A stretch of 64,000 nucleotides of DNA. Source: Antedon mediterranea. Taxonomy: Eukaryota > Animalia > Echinodermata. How positions within the stretch are numbered: the first letter of the stretch is position 1; the number at the start of each line of letters is the position of its first letter. A model generated the notes under the pieces. It worked only from the letters and a program-made list of their open reading frames with translations, was not told where the DNA came from and did not search any database. The translations under genes were made by a program, and so were the position numbers. The stretch is taken from NCBI RefSeq assembly GCF_964355755.1, contig NC_092673.1, positions 21,759,648 through 21,823,647 of the forward strand, given 5' to 3'. Shown piece by piece: positions 32,701 to 47,700 of this stretch.

Positions 32701-35700
32701 CAGCAAAGACAACATACAGTATGCATCAGGCTATTACTTGTATTTGTATTTGTATTTTGTATTAATATTTGTCCTCAGTGAGGAAATTCGGATTAGGCCC
32801 TCCACGGACCCACGGCAGCCAGCAGTGCAGCGCCTACCAGATTAGGCAATGAGAGTAAAGCATCTTGCCTAAGGATGCAATTAGTATGGTACAGATAACC
32901 TCGAACCCATGCCTATCACATGCTAGTCCGATATTACCATTACAAAATCACTCTCCAGTATATACAGCACCCGTCACGATTTCTAGACGGTCTCCCATCC
33001 AGAACGCAACCGGGCCCAACGTTGCTTAACTTCGGTGATCTGACGAGAACCGGTGTTTCAACGCAGTATGGCCGTATGTGATGACGATATGTGATGTCAT
33101 ATTGGAAAAGTAAATCAAATTTTGAACTTACACTGAAAGAGTACACAAATGTTTTGTAAGGTACTCTTCAACAACTGGTACAAAAATGTCAATATCTTCA
33201 ATAGCCTCCGACTCAAGCAGATACAACACACCATAGAGGGCGCCTATTCTGCTTGGTAAATGCGCACTTTTTAACGTCACTTCAATCAACTTGCATACCT
33301 TCTCAGAAATGTCTTTTTCCTAAACAATTATATGGTTCGATAATACAGATTCATTAGAAATTGGCAATTTATGATATATTTAAAATTTTTGAAAAAAAAA
33401 GATGAATATTAGTATAGTCAAGTATGGTTTGATTCGTCAAGGTCAAAGGTCAAAATGAATATACATTAGTTACCATTCCTAATATGGCAGCTGCTTTGCA
33501 AATTCCTGAGATGACATATTGTGTAACCAGTTCATCCTCTACTGGGTGGTTCTTATTCAACTCCAGTAAAGTATCAAACATCCATTCAAACTGAGCACGC
33601 TCAGTAAACACATCAGATATAGCTAAGACCTACAGAAAATTGATATCAAAGGATAAACATGTAATTGACCGACATTATAAGGGCGTGTGGAGCAGTGTGT
33701 TGGACGTTGATTACTGATCATGAGATCGTGAGTTCCAATCCAACTCTTGCCACATTGCTTGTACAAATGGGTACCGGGTTAGATCAAGACACAACTTTGT
33801 GCTGATTACTAGCTGCATTATGGGAGTATGTTTCCATATGTGTTTGATCCCAAAAAATGGCTGTGGTAAATGTTCAGCGCATTGAGAGCTTGCTTATATG
33901 CGCTATATAAGAATGAACTATTATTATAACACCACCAGCTACTGGAGGTCAACAATATTTATATACTCACTGATTTAACAGTTTCACAAAGCAACATGAG
34001 TGGCGTTCTTGGGTTAGCATTAGGTGATAGCCATTGGCCAAAAAGCTCTAGTAAGAACATCAAACAGGAATGTACATCCAAATTGCCCGGTAACTTCATT
34101 GGTGACCCAGATGTTCTGTTAGCTGGCTGTCCACTCTCAGAATGACCTTCATCATCTAAGAATTTAGGTTGAAGGTCATTCAGAGCCCAGAACCCATAGA
34201 CAGATATCTGTGTTAAAAAATGGATGTTTAATGTTGAGATATCGTATACACTAAAACATACACGAAAGGGACGTTAAGACGTTGGTCCCGTGTGCAACAT
34301 GGCCAATGTGAATGTTAAAGAAGCAGTACTCTCTTTGAAACGAGTATGGGAGAGTCTCCTGGTGTCCCCTGACCAATTTACCACCAGAAAGACACCACCA
34401 GAAACAAATCTAAAGCCTTGTCTACACTATCAAACTTTATGTGAGAAAAAAATGATGTGATGTGCCCATATATGGACATGATGACTTCATATCACTACCA
34501 TATTTGGGCATATCACTACCACATTCGGGCACATCATCATTCTCCTTGTTAACTAACCTGACCCAATCCAAAGACACCTCTAGTTTCTTCTCTCTCAGGA
34601 TTTTCATTGTAAAGGTCACTAGGGTCGTTGCTCCGTTCACCGCTTAGACCATCCTTTAAGCCTCCATCAATTGTCATCATCATCTTAACCTCCTGCTCGA
34701 TAATGTTCCGAAGGATCAAGAGTTTTTTGCCACGTGATGTCGAAAAGAGTTTAAGCTCTGCATTGCGTGGAATGTGTCTGTGTGTACTGTTGGCTGGGTT
34801 TCCAGGTTGAGGGCGCCGTAAACTGTTTGTAAGTAATGCTGTAATGTTTTTAACAGCTAGACATGCACCTTGATTTCGCTCTATTTCCTCCTGTAAAAAA
34901 ATATTTATTGTTATGAAGGCCACTTGGTTACTTTCTTTGTTTTTCAATTGCCAGCAATGGCAGTACAAACTAAACTAAATATTGGTTCATCCCTAAACTT
35001 GGAAAGAAAATGTTAAAATGTCTACAGTATACAAATAAGGAATATTTATGTGTTAAATAGGGGAGAATATTTCATTCAGAGTTGGAATATTGATATAATA
35101 ATTATTGATAAATTATATAGTGAATGGAAAGTGCTGTACTTACTTCAGTAGCAATATCCTCTACCATATCTGGACGACTAAGAACCCCTAAAAGTCCAGC
35201 CCATGTCTCTTCAAACTCTTGCCGTGTAGTCCACCCAATTGAGTTCACACGGAAGATGAATTCTCGTAGGACATCCTTCTCGTGCAAGAACTCAGCTGGC
35301 AATGCAGGTAGCTTGGTAATACCTTTTTGTAGTTGATCTGGATTCCATCCCATTCTCCATACCAAAGGAGGTGTTTGAGCAAAGCTGATTACCAAGGGAC
35401 ATCTGGCTAGGCCTATGACTACATTCTTGAGAGGCTCCCTGAGGAATTGAGGTATGCTGCAGAAGCCATCCCCATCAACATTTACCTGTAGTTCACCAAC
35501 TAGGTAGGCTATCATATTGCACATGCTTATAGTTGTTTTAAAATCTTTGAAGAAAAAAACAAAACAAAAAAAATATTCTTCATGTAGCTCTAGGCTTTCT
35601 CATAAAGATGCATACTTGCTTATTAAGGGTGATAGTATTGTTGTCTTTAATGCTCTAGTGTCTGAATGAATATTTAAAAAAAAAACAAGCATACCTTCTG

Positions 35701-38700
35701 TGACCTCTGGTATCATTACTTCAGCAATGTCAAGTTGCTTTTCTTTGGCTGTAAACGAAAATAAATATTATAAATTCTAATTTGTTAATGATTATCCAAG
35801 AAATCATCTTTAAATTTTTTAAATTCACTCTCGTTATTTGGAGTCAGTTTTATACTAATAGTCTTGAAATATAATGTAAATTCATTAACAAAGAGAAAAT
35901 AAACAAACTTGTTTAAAAGAAAACCAAGTATTCATACCTAGATTAAAAATCCTATAGACACACTCTACAGACGAGTGGACAAATGAGAAGTTATCATCCA
36001 GACTAAACTCAGCAAATAACGTCACAGTCTGGAGGGTCAAGGCTAACGATTCTAATGCACACTGGATTAATTGTGAGGGCGGCAGAGAATTACAAATCAG
36101 AACCCTATAACATACAACCTGCAATAGAAAAGAAAAAATAAAAGTGAACCTAAATTCTTTTATATGTATATATGATATCTACAGTTAATGATTACGACTT
36201 TTTAGTATAGTCCTAGGCGGCCTGGGATTAGGGATTATATTCAGATTGCAATAGCAGTTGATTTGACTAAAAACTTGCGTCTCAAATTAGAGGGGATTAA
36301 ACTTGACCATATACGGTAGTTAGATTACTGTATTCCATTTTGTTTTGTTTGTTTTTTTATATATTTAGGCAAATTGCCAAGGATAACCATAAGCGAATTC
36401 ATTTATTATCTTTGGAACCCTTGGATTGGTAGCCAAGCATCATACTGTACATTACTGTATATTGTATATTATTCTGTATATATACAATTATATATTACAA
36501 ATAAATTGATCCAACAAACCTCCAGAGATGTAACAACAAATCTACAAATATCCTTTGTTGCCTCTTGTGGTACTTGCAAATTAAGTTCCTTAAACGAGGC
36601 TAGAGATTGCACCAGAGCTGCAGACAGGTTACATAAGCGCCCTAACCAGCTTGAATCACGATATACAAATTCCATTTTAGCCTGGTAGTCTGTTTCAGCC
36701 CCTGACTGAGGCTGCCAGGTGATCTTTTGGTGTGGGCAGGGAAGTAGGTCTACCAGGTTGTGAATTTGTATACTTAGTGTGGCCTGGGCAGCTTGCAGAA
36801 TGCAGTGAGGCTCAATATTTACGTTGCCATTGGAGTCATGAGGAGTGGTCTTTTGCGTCAAAATTCTTTCTGTTATTTGATTTTGTGTTCGCGCCAAACC
36901 AAGAGAAATACAAGCTGGTAATATTGAGACATCAAAATCCTGTGAATTGGTCAAGTGAAAAAATAAGTAAAACATACACATATGTAAAAACGTAACATTA
37001 TATTTCATTTTTATTTCTTACTCATCCAACAGTGAGCACAAACTCACCAATTACAGGATGGATAATTTATTTTTTAGTTTATAGTTTAAAGTGCTAATAT
37101 AAAGGTAAAGTCGAAACCTAAGCTAATGCTAACGGCCGTGGTGCCCATCTCCATTTCCTTAGCGTTTGGGCCAGACTCCACTAAGTGTGTATGTTTGTGG
37201 GGGGTACGCCACTCCTCCCGCACAAACGAGTCTGATTTACCTTCCCAGTACTTTTCACATACCGGTACCCAATTCTATCACCTGGGTGGGGAGGAACAAT
37301 GTGGATAAAGAATCTTGCTCAAGGACTCAACACTGCAGTGACCGAGCCGGGGCTTGAACCGACAACCTCTTGATTGCAAGTCCAATGCTCTAACCACTGC
37401 GCCACAGTGCTAAACTAAGTCTCATTTGAGGCTTAGGGAGTGGAGTTGAAAGAGCTGTGAGTTACAACCCTGGCACTAGGTCATGATAGAACCCTGGACC
37501 TTGGGATTGGAAGGCAAGCATGTTAACCACCAACTTCACTAAAAATTATTTTTTGGTTTAATTATATATATTCATTATTAATTCTCATCATGTTATGGAA
37601 TGGATTATGCACTTGTCAATTGTATGACCCACTATACGATACCCGGGAGAGGTGCGTCACGGATGCATCATTTACAAATAACTATTGATGCAGGAGTACG
37701 TCAAAAAATCTAAATGGTACGTCACATCAATGTCTGTCACTTAACCACCCACCATATCCTGAACAACATGGTCACAATGCATCATTGTTCTTTAAAATGG
37801 GTGCGTTGTTGTCACCTAAAGGTAAGTGACTTTTTTGACGCAGAATTGTGTCATGCATGGTATTCATAAGGTATGATTCACATCGGACAAATGATGCACC
37901 TCTCCTGTATAATGGATCAAACAATTAACAAGTGTATTAAGATTTAAGAGAAAAAGCAATAAAATGAATAATACGGTCCCCGCTTTATATCTGACTTACC
38001 TCTGCCATCATAATTTCCAAGATATCTTGCTGTTGCAGATTAGCAAGTAGATGGGCAATGACATGAGCTGAAGGTGCAGAAAATGTTGAAGGAACAGATG
38101 ATGCAGAAGACACTGTACTGCTAGTATACTCACATACCAGAGACAAAAACCACTCCTAAGATCAATAAACAACGTAAATATGTCATAAACTTCAATCTAC
38201 AACCGACGGACATCATGACCAGTTGATAAAGATCTCTGATAGAGATCAAAATGTTCCGAGTACTGTAAGTACTACAATTTTTTATATTTTATCCAAGAAA
38301 GAAATGTTGACATCCATTTATCATGTCTGTTAAGGACAAGACAAGAAAACAAGGTATAACAAAAACTATTATGTGAAAGATAGCAGAACTACTTCCTAAA
38401 TATAACTAAACCTAACCTCTAAATAATCTCTCTTTCACTATAAAGTAAAAAGAAGTTGCTCATGGGATTCGAAACCACATACGACTACACAGACGGTTCA
38501 ACATAAAGCATTTGCATTAGCGAATTGAAGTTAGCTCAATTCTTGCATCAAATCTTATGGATAAATGACTAATGAATATTCATGTTTATTGTGTGACGTT
38601 TCATGAGGAGTCCCCAACTTATGTACGAAAAGAAATATTGCGAGCAGGCCGTCTGAACAGCTTTTTGTGTGTTTACATGTAAAACTAAATTTAACTTTGT

Positions 38701-41700
38701 ATGCACCATACACTGTAAGCAACAACAAAAAATTTCCAAAGCTATAGCCAGTGGAGCAACTATGAAGTTTGCTCCTAAATGGAAGAAGAAGAAACAGAAT
38801 TACTTAACTAACAGGAGGTACATAATTCAAATAGTTATGACACCACCTTGGAATGTCACATTTTCAACACATTAGAATTATAAAATAATGTAAAGTAGTA
38901 TTGTATTACCTACCTTATTTGGAATTGTGTTTGATAGTGTAGGCAGGTCTACTTGTTGAGTCGTAACTTGTTGAGTTGACTCGTTTAATAGTCTACTTTT
39001 TAGTTTTGCCATCAGTGATGTCAATCTTGCATGCCTGTAAATTTTTTTTTAAATATCTAGTTACAAAACAGTTGATTGATGTGGAAAGAATGTCTTTTAA
39101 TAAAGATTTAGAGTGATTTGCTAATATCGGAGAACAAAAACATAATAGGTTTGGTTTTACTGGAGTATGTAAATATAAATTGTTGAGAACATTCTTGTAC
39201 AATATACATCAGAAATTAGAAACACAACATTAAAGTCCCATTACTTTTGTTTTTTTAGATCTAATTTAAGGTCACAAACTACATTTAATGTAAAAATAAA
39301 TACTATATGGTTCGTCTTTAAACGGTTAAAAATGTGAAAATTAAGTTGATTCTAATAATTTAAGCGGCCCGCTATAAATGCCAAACATGCATTGCGCAGG
39401 GATTGATATTTTCGTTGTTCTTCTGTAATTCAGCCACTTATCAGTCGATCGAGAGGCCTAAACAAACGGAAGACTCGTAATTAATGCAGCAACGTCAGGA
39501 TTATATTGTAACTAGCGTACAAACATGTTCGTACATTACTGCTGTTTCCAGCTAGGCCTAAAAAAATAAGCTAGGCTAGGCCTAAAGACCGTCCACGAGA
39601 GGACATTCACTGCAAGCTATCGAGGTAGTGCATTGTTTCTTTCTTTTTATCATAATTTACCTTAAACATACATCTAAGACAAGGAATGACCATGGTTTAA
39701 TGTTTTTAAAGAAATATATGCATTATTTTTACAAAATGTCAAAAATTGTAGGGAATGGGTCTTTAATAACCTGAAGTTGTTTAACAATTAACACATTACC
39801 GTTGAGAGAGCCTTGTTTTCTTCATTAATTCTTGAAGCTTGTTAAGTTCTTCAATCGGCAGTTGGCTCTCACTAAGGTCAATGCCTTCCGCAAGTAACAT
39901 CTCAACTCTCTGACAGGCAATCGTGTCACACGTCCTAGCTACAGACTTGTGGTGAGTTCTAAGGAACTTGTTGATGAGCAGAGAAAGAAGTTTGCCCGAC
40001 TGGGTAAGGTGTATGGCTTCAATAGATTGTAGGGTTTTCTTTACAAGGTATGGGTTGTTATGATGTTTGAACTTCAGTTGTATTGCTTGGAGGAAAAGAC
40101 CGCTCCCAGCTGCATTTCGATGAATAGCACTAAATGAAAATATCAATCAATTTCTCTTTATTTATCTCACAAAAAAAAACAGAACACATAACAAAAAATG
40201 AGTAAACAAGTTTAAAAAGATGAAAGGGACCTCAAGGAAACCCTAAGGTGATAGAAGGTCCACTAAAAAGTATATAGGTACATTTTAATTGGTCAGTGAC
40301 ATGCAGCAGCACCAATCATAACCCAATCATTGTAACACATTTTGTAACCGAGGATGTATGTAGTCAATAGAGAATATTAGAAAAATATGACTGTAACATA
40401 ATATAACATAATTCTTACCTAATAAAATCATGTACTGGTGGCTCATGGGATAGCTCAAGAATGTCATTTACATGGTTGACTATTAGCCACGTCATTGGTT
40501 CAACGTCCTCTTGATTCTCACACTATTGTCAAGGTAACGAACAAAATATTAGGAACACACTAGTTATTATTGGTGTACATTGTAATGTTATACAGTATTA
40601 AAGTAGATGATTTAAGGAATGAGTAAAGTTTTTTACAATAACTGAAGATAAAGTCGGAAATATTTAGAAACATAGAGTTAACAACTTCCAACTGATGAAT
40701 TGGGAAACCCATATATGGACATGATATCTACCATATTTGAGAATATCACTACCATATTTGGGCACATCACACTTGTTTTTGTCAAACTAGTTTGATAGTG
40801 TAAACAGAGCTTTAGACAACTTTTTGAAATAGACAAGATTAAGTCAAGGACCCACTTTCTACAAAACCCTAAACGAAAAGATTAATTAATTAATTAAATT
40901 AAAACATTAAATACACCAGTCTAATCACTAAAGAACTTACCACATAGTCACAGTACAGCACCAGACCACCTCTGCGGACAATCTCTGAATGGCAGTGAGC
41001 CTTCTGGTGATCCAAATCCATCTCAAGGTTGTCCATACTGCCAGAGGACAGTGATTTAGAGAGCGGCTGGCGTCGCTTTGTTTTTAATATTTCTGTCCAC
41101 CACTCAGGCTCACTATAGTCGAGCAATAGGAGCACCTATATACAAGATTGGTAATAAATAGTTAGACTACATTTACATTATAATACACTGACTGACAATA
41201 TGGAGCATTCGACTGACTACCAAACTATGTCATGTTAGTTCATTGTGTACATGCAGGAATAGTGAGACGAGGGGCAGGTTTGATGATTTTTCTGTGCAGG
41301 CGACAACCGACGACACATTGATTGACTTCACCTAGGTCGGTTGTCGGCCCTCGTAAAGCGAAAGCTCCCTAATACTGTAGTATACGGTACTACAGTTATA
41401 GTGAAAAATTGAAGGAACAAAGTATAGTACTGCAGTAAATTAATGTTGATATATCTCTTAAGCTTTGTCTACACTATCAAACTTGTGACAAAAAAATGTG
41501 ATGTGCCCATATATGGACATGATGATGTCATATCACTACCATATCTGGGCACATCACATATTTTTTGATAGTGTAGACAGTACATTACCTTGCACCATTG
41601 CAGAACAATTGTTGGATGAAACATGACAAGACTTAAGAATATAGTGTTGAGATTGCTTAATGAATATTCTCCCTCAGAAGTTGCAGAGTGAATACATGTG

Positions 41701-41760
41701 ATACATGCTGAACACACCTTGCGAAATGAACCTGTAAAACAAAAGAAGAATATTACAATA

Positions 41761-41795
<35 letters not shown>

Positions 41796-44700
41796 CCAAA
41801 GGTAAATTACTGAAAATAATGACAATGCTGTTGCTGGATCTCAATGGAGATACAAAATAAAATAAGCAAAAAAAAAAGCTGAATCAAAATGAGAAAAACA
41901 GCTAGAAAAAAAAAAAATATATATATATATGTATATAAAATTCTACTGTCAAATTATAGAAACATTGCTCATATTCGGAACATGATCTTATCATCGCGTT
42001 GAGCATAGGTCGTCCGCGAAAGTTCCATATTTTTAGTTGTATGAAAAAATGTCTGGCAGGATTCGAACCTGCAACCTCTCGCTTAAAGGGTGAGTATCAT
42101 ACCACTAGACCATAGAGCCATATATGGTATTATCACAGATTTTCACCCACCAGATACATTCTCTCATACAACAAATGCCCTCACAATCAGTGGAGGCTTA
42201 ACTAGTGAGAATAAATTCCAACAATATAAAATTCCCCTATATACATCATGCTACCAGTATCCAGCTAGACATAGATTCATGACTTTTTTTTTTTTTTTTT
42301 TTTTTTATTATTTATTGCCAAAAACCAGTTACAAACAAACAAAACACAGAAACTAAGGGAGTAGGCAGGAACCTAAAAGTGAACCTAATCACTATAACAA
42401 GAGTTCAGGTTCCGTACTCCCAAAGTAACAACAATGATATAAAATAAACTATATAAAAATATTTAAAAAACAAATAGACGAATCAACAGTGTCAATATAA
42501 AATAAACGGATAAAATACATAATAGTCGATTCAACAAAGTCAATATAAAACATGTGATTTAAGTGAATTTAAAAATATTTGAAAACTGTCTAAAATTAAA
42601 GAATTTTTAATCATTTCCGGTAATTCTTCCCACAACCTAGGGAATATATTAATAACGGAATGATGAAGACAATTGGTTCGAGCATAGTGATGAATGAACT
42701 TAAGTGTATCAAGGTGACGGCCATTAACAACTAAAGATTGACGAACACTACTTCAATCAACCGTTCCAATAAGTGATTTACAAACAAAGGATAACAGAAG
42801 ATAATTTCTTCGATTAGATAGTGTAGGCCAATTTAGCTTAGTGAGACGTTCCTCGTATTCCATTTCACCTCTTGTTTGTTTAAGGACAAGCCTAGTAGCC
42901 CTTCGCTGGACTGCCTCAATACGTTCTGTAAGTTTTTTGGTTCGAGGCAACCACGCTGGGACACCATATTCAAGGATGGGGACAATGAGAGCTTTATAGA
43001 GTGAGAAAATAGCTGAAGGGGATGATCCTCCTGCAATACTAGTAATAAAACCCAACATTCGATTTGAACGAGAAATAATTAAGTTTACATGGTCATCCCA
43101 AGTAAGTTCACTATTAATCGTGACCCCCAGATGACAATGACTAGATACGGATTTAATAGGCAAGTCATTTATACGATAAACAGGTCTATACTCTTTCCTT
43201 GATCTTGTAATGTGGAGAACCTTGGTTTTATTTAAGTTAAGCTCCATTTCATTTAGATCACACCAAGAGGAAAGCCTGATCAGATCGCACTGAAGAACAA
43301 CTTCATCGTCTACAGTAAATATATTTCTATAAATTATCGTGTCATCGGCAAACAATGCACATGGAGAAATAATAGATGAGGGAAGGTCATTTATAAATAA
43401 GTTAAAAATAAGGGGTCCAAGTACGCTGCCCTGTGGTATGCCAGAGGTAACTGGGGATGATGGGCTAATGGATCCTTGATACAAGACTCTTTGGGAACGT
43501 CCCAAAAGAAATGACTTGATCCATTTCCAGACATTGCCTCTGATATTAAAGTGGCTAGCCAGCTCATTTAAAATAATATGGTGAGGCAGTTTATCAAACG
43601 CTTTGGCATAGTCGAGAAAGATAACATCAATTCTGGGGGCTTTCTCACTCTTTACATACATACAATCTTTGAGCTAACTATCTCGCTATTAAAACAGATT
43701 TAAAAAAACAGAAATGTGTTTTTAAGGGAGAAAAAGAATTTGAGATATTTTGGACCTCAAAAAAATTGGCAAAGTTTCTAAAAGAGTCAGGTATTGGGAG
43801 AGCTAAATCTATTTCACTTTGGGCAACTAAAGCAAAAGTACACATACTTTCTTATGTTCACTCACCAGATTTGAACATATGTGTAATGTAAAGAAGAAAA
43901 TGTGATAACTGTTGACTCAGAAACTGATAGTCAGTAGCTGACGCACTTGCCTCCTTCTGCACACGCTCAGCGGTGATACCAATCACCTGTAGAAGGAATC
44001 TGAAAAAAAAGCAAGTACAATTTCTATTTCACATTCGGGAGTGTGCTCTGTTAAAGCAAATATTGCCTCTTGTTTGATTGAGGCGAAAGTGTCCTCTTTA
44101 TAAGGGCATCAAAAAAGAGGGGATCTACTGGAAATCAACTTGTTACATAAGTTGCTTTGAAAGAATCATAAAAAATACAACATAGTGTTTCTCATTCTTT
44201 TTTGAAAAACAACATTGATAAATATATAAACCCAATAGCATTACTAATTACCGTGCAAAATTCACATCAGTTGCCATGATTGGTTGACTTTGACCTTTAA
44301 CCTCACTTTGATAGTCTGCTGCCTCTTCTATTACTTGAGGTGATGCTACAAGATTTATGTTCAGCCTGAGGTCACTGAGGCGTGACAAGACGACCTCCTC
44401 TTTAGATTGTGAGATGAGTATGTTTATGATAGCTAAGACCATGGCCAACCAACGCTGCATATTGGTTAGAGAAGCCTATAAACAAGATGATTAATTGATA
44501 ATACAATTTTATATATAAATCCAAAGGCAAATTACTAAAAAAATGACAATGCTGTGGGTATCAGTGGAGATATAACATAAAATAAGCAAAAAGCTAAATC
44601 AAGTAAAACTTTTGGGCAACACTAGTCCTTAATCAGTGAAAGTGAGAGTACTTGATATGATCAAATAATATATGGGTAGTTTAAACAATTGTTTGCAACA

Positions 44701-47700
44701 ATAACAAAATAACAAAGCTCAACTCAAAGAAAATAAACAAAATAAAACTTACAAAATTTGGTGGCTGAACCATGAGTGTTTTGAGTAGAATATCAACAGG
44801 CCTGAGAGCTGAAGGAGCTACTGCTGCTAGCAACTGGTGAAGAGAATCAAGGGCTTTCTGTGAGTCCAAGTTCATCTGTAACAAAAAGAGGAATATTTAT
44901 AAATAAAAGAGCTGCATAGGCAGGGTAGATAGAAAACTCAATATATAATTAATTAATACGTAATGTTAATTTCCTGCTTTATAAGCAACTATTTCTGCAT
45001 ATTACCCCATAGGCGTGTTTGTTTAACTATGTCATTTGTTTGTTAACATCTTATATTGGCTGATTTTTTTATTATGTAATTTTTTGACTGATATATGTTA
45101 TCCTTTGTTACTATTTTCTTCACCTGATTATGGGCTATGCCTAAAACATGTAGTGTTAATGTAGTAGTGTAGTGTCATATTGGGGAAGTTTTAACTTTTT
45201 TGATATTGAAGTATTTATATATACGTATTGTAAGCTTTGTAGAAGTTTCAATTCAATTCACTTAGGTAAAATTAAAGAATAGTTATTACCTGTTGTTTTG
45301 CTAGCAGTGGCAAGATAATGTCAATTGATTGTCTTGATAGCCTTTTCCATTTCTCCTCATTCTCCTTGTGAGCTTGCTGTAGGACTGCTAACAACATATC
45401 TAACACCTGACAAAAATAAATAATTATTAAAAAGGATGTTGGCTAGACGTATGGTTTCAATCGTATCACAGTTCTTTACTTCGTTTTTGCTCTTTTTCTT
45501 TATCCCTCTCAAACCACCTCATCTCTCATATCCTTGATTTCTTTTGTCTCCAAAGTAGCGTGGTAGATTTATTATCAACAGCATGTCAATATGTTAATTA
45601 GCGAGCGAGTAAGTGGCCGAGGAACCATGATTACGTAGCAATAACATCGGCAAGGATTTGAGGCTCACTCCCTCAATGGTTCTGGCGGAATAACAAGTCT
45701 TCTCGAATAAGCACTATAAACCGTAGGTCCAGTGTACACACATCTAGCTCATGTGCACTTTAAGGAGCCTAGGACGTCTTTTGAGACGAGTAGGGGGTTA
45801 CACCGGTATACTAGATCCACAGCCACTGATCATAACTGGGCCCTCTGGGAGACCAGTCTTTGACTGAAGAGGTCACCCAGTATAAATAGATAATAAATAT
45901 AATACAATACACAAAGAAAATTAAAGATACTTCTTGTAGGCCAAACAACTAGGTTCTTACCTGATGGAATTGAATGAGTCTTGTGAGCATGTACACCACA
46001 ACCTCTCTTTGAGTTTCCAAGTCTTTAGCACTTTCTGACTTACTGGAACTCCTCAAGACAAACAGATCATGTACTAATGGTTGAAGAGCTGGTACAGCTG
46101 CAAATAAAAAAGAATCAAAGACATGATATGGGTTGAACCACTGTATAAAGTTATATTTATTTATTATCACTTTTTAAGAATCGATTGAAGATACATAGAA
46201 ATGCCTGTATTTAGTATCAGCTAGCTGGCAAGACTGGCAAGTACCAGTGGCCGATCCAGGATGGTGAAATCAAGAGCTGAGCTTAATTTGATGTCTTATC
46301 TTTTGCATTACACCCACCTTGGATCTGCTCCTGAGTACTCATGCCTTCTCAATTTTATTCTTTCCCATTGATTTTATTTCATTTCATACAAATCCAACAG
46401 CAAGTAATCTGCCAATCACAACTCATAAAACATAATGTGTATATAAACCAAGTCTCATTTGAGGCTTAGAGATTGGAGTAGAAAGAGTGGGATACGACCC
46501 TGGCAATGGTCAGGATTTAAACCTGGAGTATTGAAACGCAAGCCTGTTCAACAGCTTACAAATGTGCTTAGTACTGTAGTATTTACCATGTGTCGTAGCC
46601 TTCTGTCCACTAGCCATTATGCCATCACACAACTGAATTATCTTAGGCATCGTAATGATGTTCTTGCTGTGATAACGTTCATATGATAGGAGCACCAGAA
46701 AGTAGAAAATGTGAGGGATCAACGTCTCATAATCTCTGAAAAAGAAAACAAAATGAATTACTCCACTATTGGCATAGGTTAGAGGTTTTCTAGTGTGGGT
46801 CCAAATGTAATTTTAAAATATTAATAGATAGAGCCTAGTGCTATAACTTATGGTGGGAAAGGGCTAATACCATTTGGATTTTAAGAACTTTAAATCTCTA
46901 CAAAAATAAATAAAACAATTATTTAGTATTAGCTTTTCTGGTGAAATACACAGGCTGTATTTAGAACCACTGGTATATAGGTAGGTTATGAAAGGTGGTT
47001 TTGGATACCTTAACTTCACACTATCCTTACAGTACATAGCCGAAATTGTGGTAATTAAAAAAACATTGTAATTTTTAAACATAGATGATTTGAGATATAT
47101 AATCAAATGTTTTACTTACTTTATTTGACCTTCTTCTAAATGTTCAAACTGTTTGATGACAAAATTTATGAAAATCTACAAAATAAAAATATATAAAAAC
47201 TGATATATCATAATCATCTGATGTAAAATATAATCTGCATTTCATTGCATGCTAAACAGACCTGAATTTTTATGAAATGCTATTAACACATTTTCACAAG
47301 AAACTCAGTATGTCTCAAGCCTTATGGTACTAACCTGATCAGCATCTAGTAGACAATAGTTAACTCTAAGTTGAACCAGCTGGGCTAACAAGTGCAGAAC
47401 TTGTTGTTGAAGGCCTAGGCAGCTGGTCATCGTGTACTGTTTCAGTGCCTTTATTACAAGAGGTTCAAACAAGCGAATGTATCCATGTAATGAAGTCTGA
47501 TATAAAAATAGGTTGTCAAATAATATTGATATATTGTTATTATTTATTTATACTGGGTGACCTCTTCAGTCGAAGACTGGTCTCCCAGGCGGCCCAGTTA
47601 TGATCAATGGTTGTGATGTACTAGTACACCGGGGTAACCCCTACTTTTCTCAAAAGATGTACTAGGCTCTTTAAAGTGCACATGAACTAAATGTGTACAT

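Noticed and set aside
32960-33079. Functional 5S rRNA gene
   Set aside because: Solitary, diverged 3' half, no oligo-T terminator, runs into SINE body.
33155-33164. Second U12-like donor GTACCTT
   Set aside because: It is coding (EEYLTK); the real donor is GTAAGT at 33131.
37340-37410. tRNA-Cys gene
   Set aside because: Acceptor stem not closed; continues into SINE core.
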